From positions 1-64,000 of the forward strand of contig NW_026863670.1 of assembly GCF_026571515.1 (NCBI RefSeq): DNA of 64,000 nt, given 5' to 3'. The translations under genes were made by a program, and so were the position numbers. Below the pieces are notes generated by a model, which had not been told where the DNA came from, made no database searches, and saw only the letters and a program-made list of their open reading frames with translations. Source of the DNA: Ruditapes philippinarum. Its lineage: Eukaryota. Positions within the stretch are counted from its first letter, which is position 1. Each line of letters begins with the position of its first letter. Positions 39,840 through 53,349 of the stretch are shown here, one piece after another.

Positions 39840-40726
39840 AGGTCCGGTTACACAGAGTTTGCGGCTGCGATGCGATCGAGTTGCGATCGTCAAAAAGCAA
39901 CAATGGCAACAAAGTTGCAAATGTCGCCGAGAGGGTTCAATGGAAGTGCCGACAAGTTGCAAGACAAAATCAGTCCCCGCCAGTCTTTTGACTTTTAGCC
40001 GATAAGAAGGCGACTTAACGCCGTAGATGCGGTGAATTCTTTGCGAACTTGCTGCAACTTATCGGCTATTAGTCGGCAATGACAGACCACAGTTCTGAGC
40101 ATGCGCAGACCAATCCTTCTGCATTCAGTAGCTCCGCCTCTATTTATCAATTTTAACAGGTTCAATTTACCTCGGTTCCTTCAGCAGTTAACATCAAAAT
40201 GGTCCGAAGAGGTGGCAAAGCAAAGAAAAAAAAAACAACTCAAAATCCTGAAATACAATAGACAATGGGCTTAACCAATGAAGTATGTTTTGAAAAAAAA
40301 TGTCATGACGAGCCTGGTGATTCAGACAAACATAGTGTCAAGTCTGTTGGAGAAACCCAATGCCGAAAACATGATGATGTAGATGTTGCCATCCCCACAA
40401 CTGGCAGTTAAATGACTGATTTCTACATTTTACAACATAATATCGCCGATAAGTCGCTGATCTGAAAGAAACGACGGATCGCCTTTCATTCGCTGCCTAG
40501 TCGCAGAATATAATTAACAAATCGCTGACCGATCGCCGTCTCTGCGACGAATTATTGCTGACGAATCGCAGAGCAATCACAGACTAGTTGCAGAACCTAT
40601 GGTCGACCGCTCGGCGATCATATTTGTATTCCATATATGTGCATACATTTGTTTCAACTGAAACGTCACTCGCCGACAAATCAGTCGCAATGAAGTCGCA
40701 TCGCAGTCCCCTGTGTAACCGTAGCT
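39840..40726. mobile_element. Harbinger-like non-autonomous TIR element (internally deleted relative to 52353-53349)
   Basis: Imperfect TIRs AGGTCCGGTTACACAG / CTGTGTAACCGTAGCT. GTCGC/GCGAC-rich subterminal repeats. Confidence 0.7.
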
Positions 40727-43210
40727 ACTATACTACCTATGACCCAAGACATTTAACGATGTCAATCATGGTGTCGATTTGCTTGACACTGCTTAATAGG
40801 TTGAGCATTGCATCATAACAGGTAAAGATACCAAATTATATTTCACTTACGTTCTTAGGTAGTAAAGACTACAAAGTTTCCATCAAGTTATTTGTATAAT
40901 TTGGCTGGGGGATATCGATTTTACTTTTACAGTTTACTTTTTTAAATAAATATTATTAGGACATATTGATATGTCTTTCATTTTATTTAATAGGGATCAT
41001 TACTACGGTGCTTAACGGATATTAGACAGACGGTTCCATTTTGTCGGTGGCTGTATGTTATGATAGACCGCTTGTTGGCGGAAGATTCATTCTGCTTTTG
41101 AACCTTTTTGGCATATTCTATCATAACTGTATGTAGCCGATGGCGGTGCATCCACGAAACATACACTTAAATTCGTATCGGTATTTCGCCAAACCTTAAA
41201 TAAATAGTGAACACTAAATTTGCCTTCTTATTTTTGTGTTGGGGTACTATACAGTTCAATCGCTTTAGATTTAACTCTTTATTCCATCCAAAAACATATT
41301 TCATAACGGGCTCATTGTTGGTTCAAAATTGATTAGTTATCTTAAGAGCAACTATATAAGAAACTGAGCGGCGTGGTAGCGGTCTCTTTCGGATAATTAC
41401 TTCGAAGAAGGTAGTATGTAAATTTTAAATTATTTCAACCTAAATTTTATCTAGTTTTACTCAAAAATAACCACACCCTGCCATCCTCCCTATACACATA
41501 TGATATTTGCTGTCGAGAGTTTATTGTAATTTTCAGGGAGCTTTTCATCGTGGCAGGAAACAGAATTCTTGTCTTTGAAGAGGTTAAAACTAATAAAGAC
41601 ATTGTTGAGCATCAGCTTCCGTTAACGGCGCAGACGTTGATATGACATGTAGTGAAGTTCATTTTTCATTTATATGGAACATAAATCTGCAATTAATATG
41701 ACTTGAAGCATGATTTTCATTTCCCTAAATTATAATATCAAATACTTGAATTTACGTAAGGCATATTCTATCATAACAGTATGTGGCCGATGTCGGAACA
41801 CACATGAAACATATACTTAAATTTGTATCTATATTTTTTTCACCAGCCATTGACAAAATTTCACCCAACTTTAAATAAATAGTGAAAACAAAATGTTTCT
41901 TTTTGTTCTTGTGTTGGAATAAATACTTACATTTTATTGTTTTATTTTTGTACCGCTTTACCGACACACGAGGTTTTACTGTATCATACAAGCGAATGTA
42001 TAGACGAAATTTTACCTATGTAATAGTATCAAAAAGGCACTCAATCGTTTTATAACTTAATGGTGATAACATTTTTGTGTCAAATAACTTTCAACGTGAT
42101 CAAGGTAAATGTAAATATCTACACACGTATATCTATATTTATATAATCATACATTTTGAATGAAAATAGTTTTAAATTTTACTGTAACATCTCTTAATAA
42201 CATTATTTAGGTTAAAATATGTAGTTATAAATAATTGATTTTTTTATAATGTTATCATTGATAAGATAATTGTGTGAGTTAGTGTTTATTTGTGTTTCCT
42301 ATGGAATTCATTTACATATTCAAAAGAAATGGATAAAGCTGTTTTGAAGAGAAAAATATTATTCTTGTTATTATTCTTGTTTGGAGTTTTAGTTTTTGCT
42401 TTTCTTATCTTTCTCGGGCGGATAGCCGAATATTTAGCATCCGAATATATTTACTGTACTAACAATTATAATGCAAACGAGTCGTGCGCAGAATGTATCA
42501 AAAAAGCCTCAAATTCCCATACCGGGTAAAATACCACAACACATTCATCAAATCTTTTTCTATGAAACAAGTAGTCAACTACCAGATAAACTTGTTAAAG
42601 CCAAAAATAGTTGGATACAGTACCATCCGAACTACACGTACACTTTATGGAACAAAACTTCTATAAATAGCCTTTTACAGAGAGAGTATCCGTTCCTAAA
42701 GACACTTTACGACAGTTATGGACACTGGGTCAGACGAGCTGACGTTGCACGTTATCTCGTGCTCTACCATTATGGAGGCTGGTATGTGGACATGGACGTT
42801 GCTTGCTGTCGAAGGTGGGTGGGTTCGATTCTTTATTTTATATTGCAAGTCTATTTTTTTTTAAAAAGTAACAATTTTAAGATGAAATTTACATTCTATG
42901 ATAAGTGTTTACTTTAATCGAATTCGTTACTATTTTACATTATAGACATTTAAAAAAGGGTTGTATACGGAATCATTATTAAAAGTAATGTATTCTTTAA
43001 TTCATGTTTACTCATTGAATCACTTTAAGAATATTTTATTTCGTTTGGTCTGTTGAAAAATAAATTCTTGTTTTTGTCTGTTTGCTGTGATATTTAGAAT
43101 TTATAATAGTTTAGCTATAATAAAACATGTAATGTGCTCATTTCTCTTGCCATGTATCACACATAATTATTCATACGAGCTCATTTATTTCATAGATTGT
43201 GTGTAAAATT

Positions 43211-45238
43211 GACATTACGCCGCCTGTCAATTAAGCTGGCAGGGGTATTACAGATAAGCCAATCGGCGATCGTTATCAGTTTCACGCTAAGATGTGTTAG
43301 AAGTTCGCCATTTTCCTTAGACAAGCTATTTGTATAAGACAATCGTGCAGCAGTATTTATATTGAAATTATTTTGATTTTTTTGGTCAATTTAAAGCTAT
43401 TAAAGCGGTAGATCTGAGTTATAAAATATCCTGACATATTGACAGATGGAGCCAGTTAGTTCATTTTACAAAAACAAAAAAACATCAGTAACTTTCTATA
43501 GGATATGAAGATAATAAGTTATATAGCAGGAACGAAAGTTGAAACTGGCTATACCAAATTGCATTAAACAAAGAAAAAGTTTAAACAACTTCATTACAAT
43601 TATGTCTATTCATAATAACATAACATATTATAAGGTCAAAATATTCAGATGATATGACATTTATTTTTGTTCGTTTACAACATTATGGCAATAAAATGCT
43701 GCAGTAGAAAAAAGGACTTGAAGATGAAATGAGATAATATGCAATGAATATTTTAGGAGAAATTATCCTACCTAAATATTACTATTACAACCCAAATGAA
43801 TTTAGATTTAACATTAAAATACATTTCATGCTTCAATAACATCATATCTGATCACGGTTTTAATTTAAAGCCGAGGTTTGGTATATGCGAAACTTATTTT
43901 GAAGCGAATAATATTGCGTTTTCTCACGAAAATATCTAATGTACAAATATACATATAATCATATATCCTACAACAAAGTTAAGCAAGGGCAATTTTCTCA
44001 TTTAATTTTGACAATTTATGCACAAATGCCTCGTTGCATATAAGTGGTTTTGCACATAAAAGTTAACCAAAAAAAAAAAAAACATTCGTAAATGTTACTG
44101 TTTCATTGATATAATTTTACTTTTATATGTTCCGCTACATCAATTTTAACTATCTTTGAATTTGTAAACTAAAATTACATTTTGTTAGTAACAGCTTCTT
44201 TGTAGTCAGCGAGAAATATAACAAGATCTTTGCCAAACGTTTTATTCATCATTAATGGATGAATGCGGTTATTTGTTACTTTTTTAAATATCATAAAACA
44301 TTGAACTATTCAATAAAAGCATTAAAATGTTATGTATACAAAATTGTATAAGGTAAATTTTTAGTCACTTAATCGGCGGTCGGTCTATTTACCACCAGAC
44401 ACCCAAAGATACCCCAAGACACCCTTAGACTACACCAGACCATCCATAGACTACCCCAGGACATCCCAAGACTACCCCAAGACACACATAGATTATCCCA
44501 TGACTACCCAAAGACACCCCTAGACTATCCCAAGACACCACAAGACACTTTTACTGACATGTAAATACGGTCTTAATTTTACCTTGTTAACGGGAGGTAA
44601 CTATGTGATTTCACATGTACACATTGAATTATCTCCATTCATTTATTTTTCCTGTATTTTTTTATGTAAGATCATAAATATATTCTTTTTTGTGCAAAAT
44701 AGTTTACAGCAATGAAATCATGCCGAGGTTGCGGGGTTTTGGTGTAGTGCAAGTTTTATTATGCGACAATGTCATTTTATGAGTGACACATTTTTGATGC
44801 CTGATTATTAAATCGATCATTTTCTGTTTCATTATATTGATTTTTTTTCTATTTCATCTGCCCCACAGTTCACAATATCAAGATGGTCTTATTGTTTCAG
44901 TAAAGTTGATTTTAATCAAAATATTTTTTCTATTAAGAGCACATTAATATTGACCATACATGATTAACAATATTTGACAGTAGCAAGATGACACTTAAAT
45001 AATCAGTAGTCGTATATAATAAAACTTTCCCAATTTACACCATAAATTAAAGTGTCTTGGGGTAGTCCTGGTACTAAAAATGGGTATATTTCTGCTCCAG
45101 AGTAGTATTGGGGTGTCTTGGGGGTAAATGAACCGACCCTTAATGGCATGACAGTTTCGCATAAACATCTGTGCAGTCTTTTGTCGACCGGGTCACGTGA
45201 ATAAGTGGGCGGAGCAATCTCAACCCTGGCGTAATGTC
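43211..45238. mobile_element. 2.0-kb non-autonomous TIR element with AATT target duplication (Sola-like)
   Basis: TIR GACATTACGCC / GGCGTAATGTC, flanked by AATT on both sides. Absent from intron 1 of copies 1, 2 and 4. Confidence 0.8.
44376..45139. mobile_element. Nested TIR element with subterminal (A)GACACCC/GACTACCC tandem repeats, possibly Kolobok-type
   Basis: GGTCGGTCTATTTACCACCAGACACCC is mirrored by GGGTGTCTTGGGGGTAAATGAACCGACCC, followed by TTAA. Confidence 0.6.
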
Positions 45239-45375
45239 AATTACCATGATTGACAATATCTCATATTATATGCAAGTAAGAAACTACTTTATGGTATTTA
45301 CCAAATAGATAGTGATTTGTAAAAGGAAAATAGAAACACTTTAAATGTATATATACATGTAGTAATAACTGTTAC

Positions 45376-45600
45376 ATATTTACTTGGTTGGATGCGCAAT
45401 AAAATATTATGTAATGGATTATATTTACTTGATTGGATGCGCAATAAAATATTTTGTACTGGATTATATTTACTTGATTGAATGCGCAATAAAATATTAT
45501 GTACTGGATTATATTTACTTGATTGTATGCGCAATAAAATATATATTATGTACTGGATAATATTTACTTGATTGAATGCGCAATATAAAATATTATACTT
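45376..45600. repeat. 45-bp minisatellite, ~5 copies
   Basis: Unit TATTTACTTGATTGGATGCGCAATAAAATATTATGTACTGGATTA. Only a single unit is present at the paralogous position in copy 4 (~56025-56060). Confidence 0.9.
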
Positions 45601-46350
45601 CATTATTTTGTTTTGGCGTGGTTTGACTTTTAAGCTGTTGTGGCAGAGAAGGTCTCATGTGATGTGTACAAGTCACCTTAATTATAGATATACTAACTTT
45701 CCGGAGGAGTGTCATGTCCCATTTCTTTATATGACTCCACCAATACTGGAAAAAGAATCTATATTATATATGTAGTAATTATCTTTGTGGCAAGAAAGTG
45801 TAAGAACTTGTTGCCCAACCCATTTGAATTTTGATATATACTCATTATTTGTATGATATATTTGTAAACATGTATTAAATGCAATAAAATATATTTAAAC
45901 TAAGAAAGTGTTTCACCACCGAGCTTTAATGAATATGCTATCCTTCAAGAGGCTGATAGGATAGCTTTTGTAACGCAAAGAGAAACTCATATTGGCTGAA
46001 AAAAAAACTGTCAGGGAAATCGACATGCACCACTGCTCAAGATGTCTCATTTCTATGATATATAGAGAGATAATATTTAATAGGTTTATAATTTTATCTT
46101 ACAGTGTGAGATCTTTAGAACAAGTGGCACAAGTACTCAATAAAACTGCTATACTCAGGGTAACCGAGCCAGTTGGATTTTCTAACGATTTTATTGGGAT
46201 CACTAAACGTCATCCATTTTTATTTTCCGTCCTCAAGTCACTTCACAAGTCCAACAGATGGTTTATTTTTCCATACGCCAATACTATGTTTTCTACAGGT
46301 AATATTGAACGTAAACGCTTTCTATTTTATCTAATATGTTAAAGACAAAT

Positions 46351-46550
46351 GAGCCGCGTCACGACAAAACAAACATAATGGGTTTGCGACCAGCATGGAT
46401 CCAGACCAGCCTGCGCATCCGCACTGTCTGATCAGGATCCATGCTGTTCGCTTACAGACCCTATTACAAGTAAAGAAACTGATAGCGAACAGCATGGATC
46501 AGACTGCGCGGTCACAAACCCATTATGTTGGTTTTGTCGTGACGCGTCTC
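46351..46550. mobile_element. Sola2-like MITE, copy 3
   Basis: GAG...CTC termini with an AAAT target duplication. Empty site GGCAAATATAAAAC in copy 4 at ~56746. Confidence 0.9.
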
Positions 46551-49500
46551 AAATATAAAACTCAAACAAACTTATCAATCTTCCAATCTTTCTCTGGTTT
46601 GTGTTTAATGGATGTTAGAAATTGGAATTTGAAAATTTCTCAAAATCAAGATTATGAAATGAAATTGCGTTGACATGTTCTCTTTTACTTTTAATTCATA
46701 AAAATGTTCAAAATAATCGCACCAAAAGACATGTATTTCTTTATCACATGTTGCCCATTTTCTGTTTCGAGGGTCCATTTTGTTACATTTTGTGTCTTTA
46801 GGGTTTTAGTCTTAGTGGGGTTCCTTTATCGATATCGAAACTGACAGAATACACCGCACATTCACGAAGTTGAAAATGGTGTAATATATTAGATATAAAA
46901 AGAAGGCTTTTATTAACATTCTAATGATCTTTCTTTTCAGGACCAACGTTCCTATGGGGCCGGTACCTAAACTACCGGGATCAGAACCAATTCTACATCA
47001 TTAATAACTCGTCTTACAGCAACTACCTCGTTTTAATGCACAATTCATCATGGCATAGTTGGGACGGCATTATTGTATGGTACCTGTTTCGGGACACGCG
47101 CAGGCTTCTTCTTGTGATGACGTCATTAGCGGTCTTATTATGCGTTACGCTGTTTTTGTGTAAATATAGAGGTGTTTGCTTAATAAGAAATAAAACTTAC
47201 AAGTTTCGTGATCTAGATAACGTTCAGTATAAGTTCAACAAATCTATTTAAAAAAATATCAGCTCCATGCTATTTAGCAGAACATCGATTTTAAAACACA
47301 TTTTGTTTTGTCAATAAAAGCAATAAAGAAGTAGCATGAATGTCTTACTGTGACAATAAATCTGCTTTCCTTAATAGTATCTGTCATATTTTATGGTTTA
47401 GGTCAAAATATCCGTCCCGAGGGTACCCCTCCCATTGGGCGGTAACGAGGCTTGTCGATACAACTATTGGATCAACATCTTCGCACAACCTTCAAACCAA
47501 GACCAGTTGAAACCCGAACATTCCCGAATATACTAATATTACAATTCTTTCTTACCTGTGACAGTTCGTGATCAACAGATGTAAGATTTTCACCTATTTT
47601 AAAATCTTTTAAAAGTAAAGTTATGCCAATCCGTCACAGTACGCCAACGTATTTGTACACTGGATCACAAATGACACAGGTTCTACGTATACATGCTAGG
47701 CTTCTAAATCATCATATTTTCATTCGTAATGTAGTCTAATCACCCTTTTGTCATTGTGAAAACCTGAAAACAATTATCATTATCTTCTCAAATTTCACTT
47801 TTACAGTTGCCACCGTATTTACCTTCTTACAAAAGTGCGTAAAATCATTCAAAATATCTTTCTCCATACTCTCCTGTTTGGGGAAGCTTCTCTTTCTCAA
47901 CCTGCTAATGCGGAGATTTTTCTAGCAGTCCAAAAATATTTGGAAAGTGAGAGGTTTGCTTCACAACTTAATATCGCATAGTAGATTCTACGCTTTAACT
48001 AAAACATTAGTACACACTTTCAATAATTTATAGTTAATTACTGTCTATATTCTGACATTTACGTATATTATGAATTACTAAATTTATGTTTGTTCAAGAC
48101 TATTTTATTATCAACATTCACACATGATTTTTTTCATTGTTTGTTATCACACATGAAACTTTGTTTATGGTATTGCATATTTTCCATCATCGACCAATAA
48201 CTTTAAATGTCCTTTTTATTTGCAAATAAAATGTTGAAATCATTGATGCAACTATTTCACATGTAAGGTTCATTACTTTATGCAATCACTGTATGCTACC
48301 TGTTCAAACTATCCGAATGATCCACATTTCAGTTATTTCCTCTTTTCTATTTTGCTGAAAGATGTTTCCTTGTATTTCTTTCCATCTTAATTTACGTTAT
48401 TTCTCTTAAGTTCCTTAAAACAAAATGATACAGTCGTGTATTCTCATTCTTTTGTTGGTTCTGCTCAAATTCCAGGAGCTGAGGCTGAAAAATCGCTATA
48501 TAACCTGTGTTTGTGAGACGTTTTAATGTCTAAATACTAGCTGGTACTTTGATTGTCCCAATTAGAAGTTATAAAAAACTTATCAGGAAAAATAAAAGTT
48601 TTATTTATACCTATCAGAAGGTACAAAGTTCTAATTAGACAATATTAGGCTTAAAAAATAAAAACGATTTGAACAAATTTATATGAACATTAAGATTATG
48701 CCCCCTTAACAATTTTAAAAAAGGATGTCAGTAAAATAGAGATTTTAGATCATGTGACCACGAACATGCACAGAGGACATGTTGCGTGCGACCACATACA
48801 CGAATCACAGGAATCCTCTTCTCATACTAGAAAGGGACAAAGAGTTGTCCACCCTTTATTTAAAGGGTAGATGTGAAAATTTAAAGCGATTCCTTATCAA
48901 TAAGTAGGCTAATTTTCACAGTCATGTTTAGAATCGGTTTATATACAAGTAATGCAAACCAAGCGGGGTATCAGTCTACGTCCTTTTAAGTCCGAAATTA
49001 AAATTTTGAAAAGATCATATATAAGTTCTTGGACATTTAATAGTTTAACGTTTTTATTTTCTACTTTCCTTTCTATGTATTGAGCAAAATTATTCAAATC
49101 TTGCACTGTTTCAAACACGTTTAATGGGAGATCTATGGTGGCTGATTTGTCCCTTCGTGTTTTCCCCCGCGACCCGCCAAGCGAAAAGTCGAGGGTTAAC
49201 AAGTTGAAATGTCACGGGCGCGGAGCGAAAAAACGCTTATAAGTGTGGGGGGGGGGGCTTATTTGCGTGTTTTCTACCTTCATGTTTATGTAACTGTAGC
49301 ATATGCCTTGAAACTGACACTTGTTATGTTTTTTTCTCAAGATAGAAAAGTTTTCAATGCCAAAAGTACATGAAGAAGCATGTTTTAATGACACAAAGTA
49401 AACGTATTTTCAAATCCGTCGGAGTCCAACAATTCAATGTCATATTTAATTTTCCTTAAAACATATCGAATGACCCTACGTCTTTGAACTCAACAGTGAG

Positions 49501-50238
49501 TGACATACGTACATGCGGAAATTTGGCATAGCGAATCTTGTTTGTACTATGAGTGCGTGTCAATAAAAGCTTTTTCGGTGCACCTTCCGCATTAATATTT
49601 TTTCTGTCATCTGAATATTTTTTACAAATGAGACTCGCCATGACAAAACCAACATAGTGCGTGGAACCAGACCAACCTGTGCATCTGCGCAGTCTGATCA
49701 GCTATAACGTCTTTTAAACTTTGAATGCGTTATAATTCGTTGAATACTTGTTACAAAATAAAAATATTTCTGTCCTTTATATCGCTAGTTTTAGGGTGTT
49801 TTGAAAACTACTTTTTGATGTTATGATTATAGGGAAGATATTGAATGTCAGCAATGTATTTCCTGATCTGCGTTCAATACAAAAAGGACACAGAATCCAG
49901 TTTTTTTCTTAGCTGGCCGTACAGCAAAGAATGAATCAAAACTGATAAAAAAGATCTAAGTTTGTTTAAACAGGACTATTATTACTTGTACTTGTTTAAT
50001 ACTGCCGGATTCTATCATGACAAACATGCCTAGTAAACGATGGTATTAATTTGAACTGATAACAAATAAATCACAACCTCAAACTGAGATCTACAATCCA
50101 AATGTTTTGTAGTTATTCAACGCAAGCAACTTTTATTTCATTTATTGAAAGAGTCAAAATTTGGAAATATGTCTGAAAACTTCTGTAAATAGTTGCACTT
50201 TTATTGAAATTCTATAGTGAAGTATAACATATTATAAT

Positions 50239-50368
50239 NNNNNNNNNNNNNNNNNNNNNNNNNNNNNNNNNNNNNNNNNNNNNNNNNNNNNNNNNNNNNN
50301 NNNNNNNNNNNNNNNNNNNNNNNNNNNNNNNNNNNNNNNNNNNNNNNNNNNNNNNNNNNNNNNNNNNN
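50239..50368. other. Assembly gap (130 N)
   Basis: Run of N. Confidence 1.
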
Positions 50369-50423
50369 AAAAGTCACATATAAAAAAAAAAAAAACACAG
50401 TCCATGAGTTAACTTATTATATT

Positions 50424-50462
50424 ATTTGCCAACCGGTTTCTCTTATGATCATCAGGGCAAAT
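50424..50462 (-). ncRNA. Minimal type I hammerhead ribozyme (Penelope-like-element type), minus-strand copy
   Basis: Reverse complement reads ATTTGCC CTGATGA TC-ATAA-GA GAAA CCGG T T GGCAAAT. Confidence 0.8.
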
Positions 50463-50463
50463 C

Positions 50464-50502
50464 ATTTGCCCTGATGATCATAAGAGAAACCGGTTGGCAA
50501 AT
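50464..50502 (+). ncRNA. Minimal type I hammerhead ribozyme (Penelope-like-element type), plus-strand copy
   Basis: Stem I ATTTGCC/GGCAAAT (7 bp). Core CTGATGA at 50471-50477. Stem II is 2 bp (TC-ATAA-GA). GAAA at 50486-50489. Palindromic stem III ACCGGT. Cleavage triplet GUU, with the cut predicted after 50495. Confidence 0.8.
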
Positions 50503-50538
50503 AATTAAATAAGTTAACTCATGGACTGTGTTTTTTTG

Positions 50539-50542
<4 letters not shown>

Positions 50543-50625
<83 letters not shown>
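50543..50625. repeat. (TA)n microsatellite
   Basis: About 41 TA units. Confidence 1.
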
Positions 50626-50628
<3 letters not shown>

Positions 50629-51696
50629 ATATAAGAGTATTTAAACAATCAAGCAAATGCTAAAGTATGTAGAAGAATATCATTGATTGAATGTGTCGAA
50701 ATAACTAACACGTGCCAACTTCAAACTTCGTGTACATTAAATACATTCATGATTGACATAAAAAAGAGATTTTTTTGCAATCGAATCGTAGCCCTAATGA
50801 GTTTTCATTTTCATAAATAATACAATAATTCGTTGTCACAGTATATAAATAATGCTTTTTCAAAAAATACGGACACAAGAATATAGTGATTTAAAATATA
50901 CACCACTGTACTTAAATAGTTTTTATTTGTTTGGGTCGTAAGACCAAACAAATAATGGTAGCGAAATTTCAGAGCCTAATGCTGTTAATTGCAAATGCCT
51001 AAAATAGTCCACTTTTTTGAGGCGGTTACTTCCCTTTATATGTACACTAACGCCGAAAATATCAGGGAAGATCAATGCGTAAAGATTGTCAAATAACAGG
51101 CGCATTAATTTTCAGGCAAAGTAGTCCCCGAATGGTCGAAGATTTCAAATATTGTTTCATTCTTTATAGATATACATGCTTACAGTAAGCCCCATGATTA
51201 TTTACACCTGTGTTTAGCGTCGAAATAATAAGTTACAAACCCTAATTTAGAATAACATGGTTTTCTTCAGACCGTAATTTAGAATAACATGGTTTTCTTC
51301 AGACCGTAAACATATTATTTATTTGTGTATATTTTGGAAATAAATGTTTTTTAAATATTTACACAAATTATCTGTCAATTTTTTTTATTTAGAATAACCA
51401 TATAATGGATTAAATACTAAAATATTGATGCCACGAATTTGAATATATGTTGGGATAAATTGAATTTTTATATGCAAGGCTTGAAATAAAATTGTGATTA
51501 TTTCTCCTCCCGGTGCCTACCCACAACAGTCACTGCTTCTCATTAATAAAAATTGTACAAAAAGAACATATGTTTCTCATACAATCATTTTTTTTTTACA
51601 ATCTGGGAAGAATATTGAATAAGTCTTTGAAATGTCTATTTATATATAACAAAATCTATACCCTACCCAAGCTGGTGCAGGAGGGGATGCAAAAAT

Positions 51697-51934
51697 GAGC
51701 CGTGTCACGACAAAACCATTATAATGGGTTTTCGGCCAGCATGGATCCACACCAGCCTGCGCATCCGCGCAAACTAATCAGGATACATGCTGTTCGCTTA
51801 CCAACTCTGTAACAAGTGGAGGAACTGACAGCGAACAGCATGGATCCTGATCAGATGGCGCGGATGCGCAGGCTGGTCTGGATCCATGTTGATCGCAAAC
51901 GCACTATGTTGTTGGTTTTGTCATGACGCGGCTT
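51697..51934. mobile_element. Sola2-like MITE, copy 4
   Basis: GAGCCGTGTCACGACAAAACC...GGTTTTGTCATGACGCGGCTT with AAAT duplication. Empty site at ~39200. Confidence 0.9.
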
Positions 51935-52352
51935 AAATACTTTCAATGTTGCCTGAAATGTTACACGTAAGTTATAATGTTATACAGCTGTTACTTCCCA
52001 TAAGGCGCATTATACCCCAGCGTTTATTGGTATTTCTCAAGAGCCTTATATACTTACTTCATAGAACTCAAGTCCAAATATATAATGATTTACTTGTCTC
52101 TGAGGCATAATAGGACTTTAAATAATCCCATGATCTACAATTTTAGGTATGTATGAATAACTTTATGCTTCTCTCGGGATTGATTATCTTAATAGTGTTG
52201 TTATTAATATATTTTCAAAGATTTAACAGTTTTATACATGCTATGTCTCATAGCATTTGTATGCATTATTAACTCCATCATTAATTTAATTGGATTCAAT
52301 GAGTTCGAGAATTCAACCAAACTTTGCAAACTTTCTTGAATCCTTACTGGTA

Positions 52353-53349
52353 AGGTCCGGTTACACAGAGCTTGCGGCTGCGATGCCATCGAGTTGCGAT
52401 CGTAAAAAGGCAACAATGGCAACAAAGTTGCAAATGTCGCCGAGAGGTTTCAATGGAAGCGCCGACAAGTTGCAAGACAAAATCCATCGCCGCCAGTCTT
52501 TATAACATGCTCAAGAACCTGGCTGCGATTATTGAGTGGCAACACGTTCGCAACTGCATTGCAGACTGTTCCTGACTGTACAGATATCAATGCGGCGATA
52601 GTTTTTAACGAGATATTCGCCGACTTTTCGCCGATAAGACGGCGACTTAACGCCGTAGATGCGGTGAATTCTTTGCGAACTTGCTGCAACTTATCAGCTA
52701 TCAGTCGACACTGACAGAACACAGTTCTGAGCATGCGCAGACCAATCCTTCTGCATTCAGTAGCTCCGTCTCTATTTATCTATTTTTACAGGTTCATTTT
52801 ACCTCGATTCCTTCAGCAGTTTACATCGAAATGGTTCGAAAAGGTGGCAAAGCAACGGAAAAAACACCTACAGATCCTGAAATGCGAGAGACAGTTGGCT
52901 TAACCACTGAAGAACGTCTTGTAAAACGTCCTAGTCATGACGAGCCTGGTGATTCAGACAAAGATAGTGTCAAGTCTGTTGGAGAAACCCAATGCCGAAA
53001 ACATGATGATGTAGATGTTGCCACCCCCACATCTAGCAGTTTAATGACTGATTTCTACATTTTACAACATAATATCGCCGATAAGTCGCTGATCTGAAGG
53101 AAACGACAGATCGCCTATCATTCGCTGCCTAGTCGCAGAACATCTATATCTTATCGCTGACCAATCGCCGTCTCTGCGCCGAATTATTGCTGACGAATCG
53201 CAGAGCAATCACAGACTAGTTGCAGAACGTATGGTCGACCGCTCGGCGATTAAATTTGTATGTGCATACATTTGTTTCAACTGAAACGTCAGTCGTCAAA
53301 AATTCAGTCGCAATGAAGTCGCATCGCAGTCCCCTGTGTAACCGTAGCT
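52353..53349. mobile_element. Harbinger-like non-autonomous TIR element (~1 kb)
   Basis: Same termini as 39840-40726 at the paralogous position, so it inserted before the segmental duplication. Confidence 0.7.

Larger units (their letters stand above)
42329..47251 (+). pseudogene. GT32 SUR1/CSG1-like mannosyltransferase, copy 3 (frameshifted in exon 1, or intact if this is a sequencing error)
   Basis: Exons 42329-42814, 46105-46298 and 46941-47251. ATCAAAAAAGCCT versus ATCAACAAAAGGCCT in the paralogs is a net 2-nt loss at ~42500, giving a stop at 42527-42529. The rest is intact, including DMD. Confidence 0.75.
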
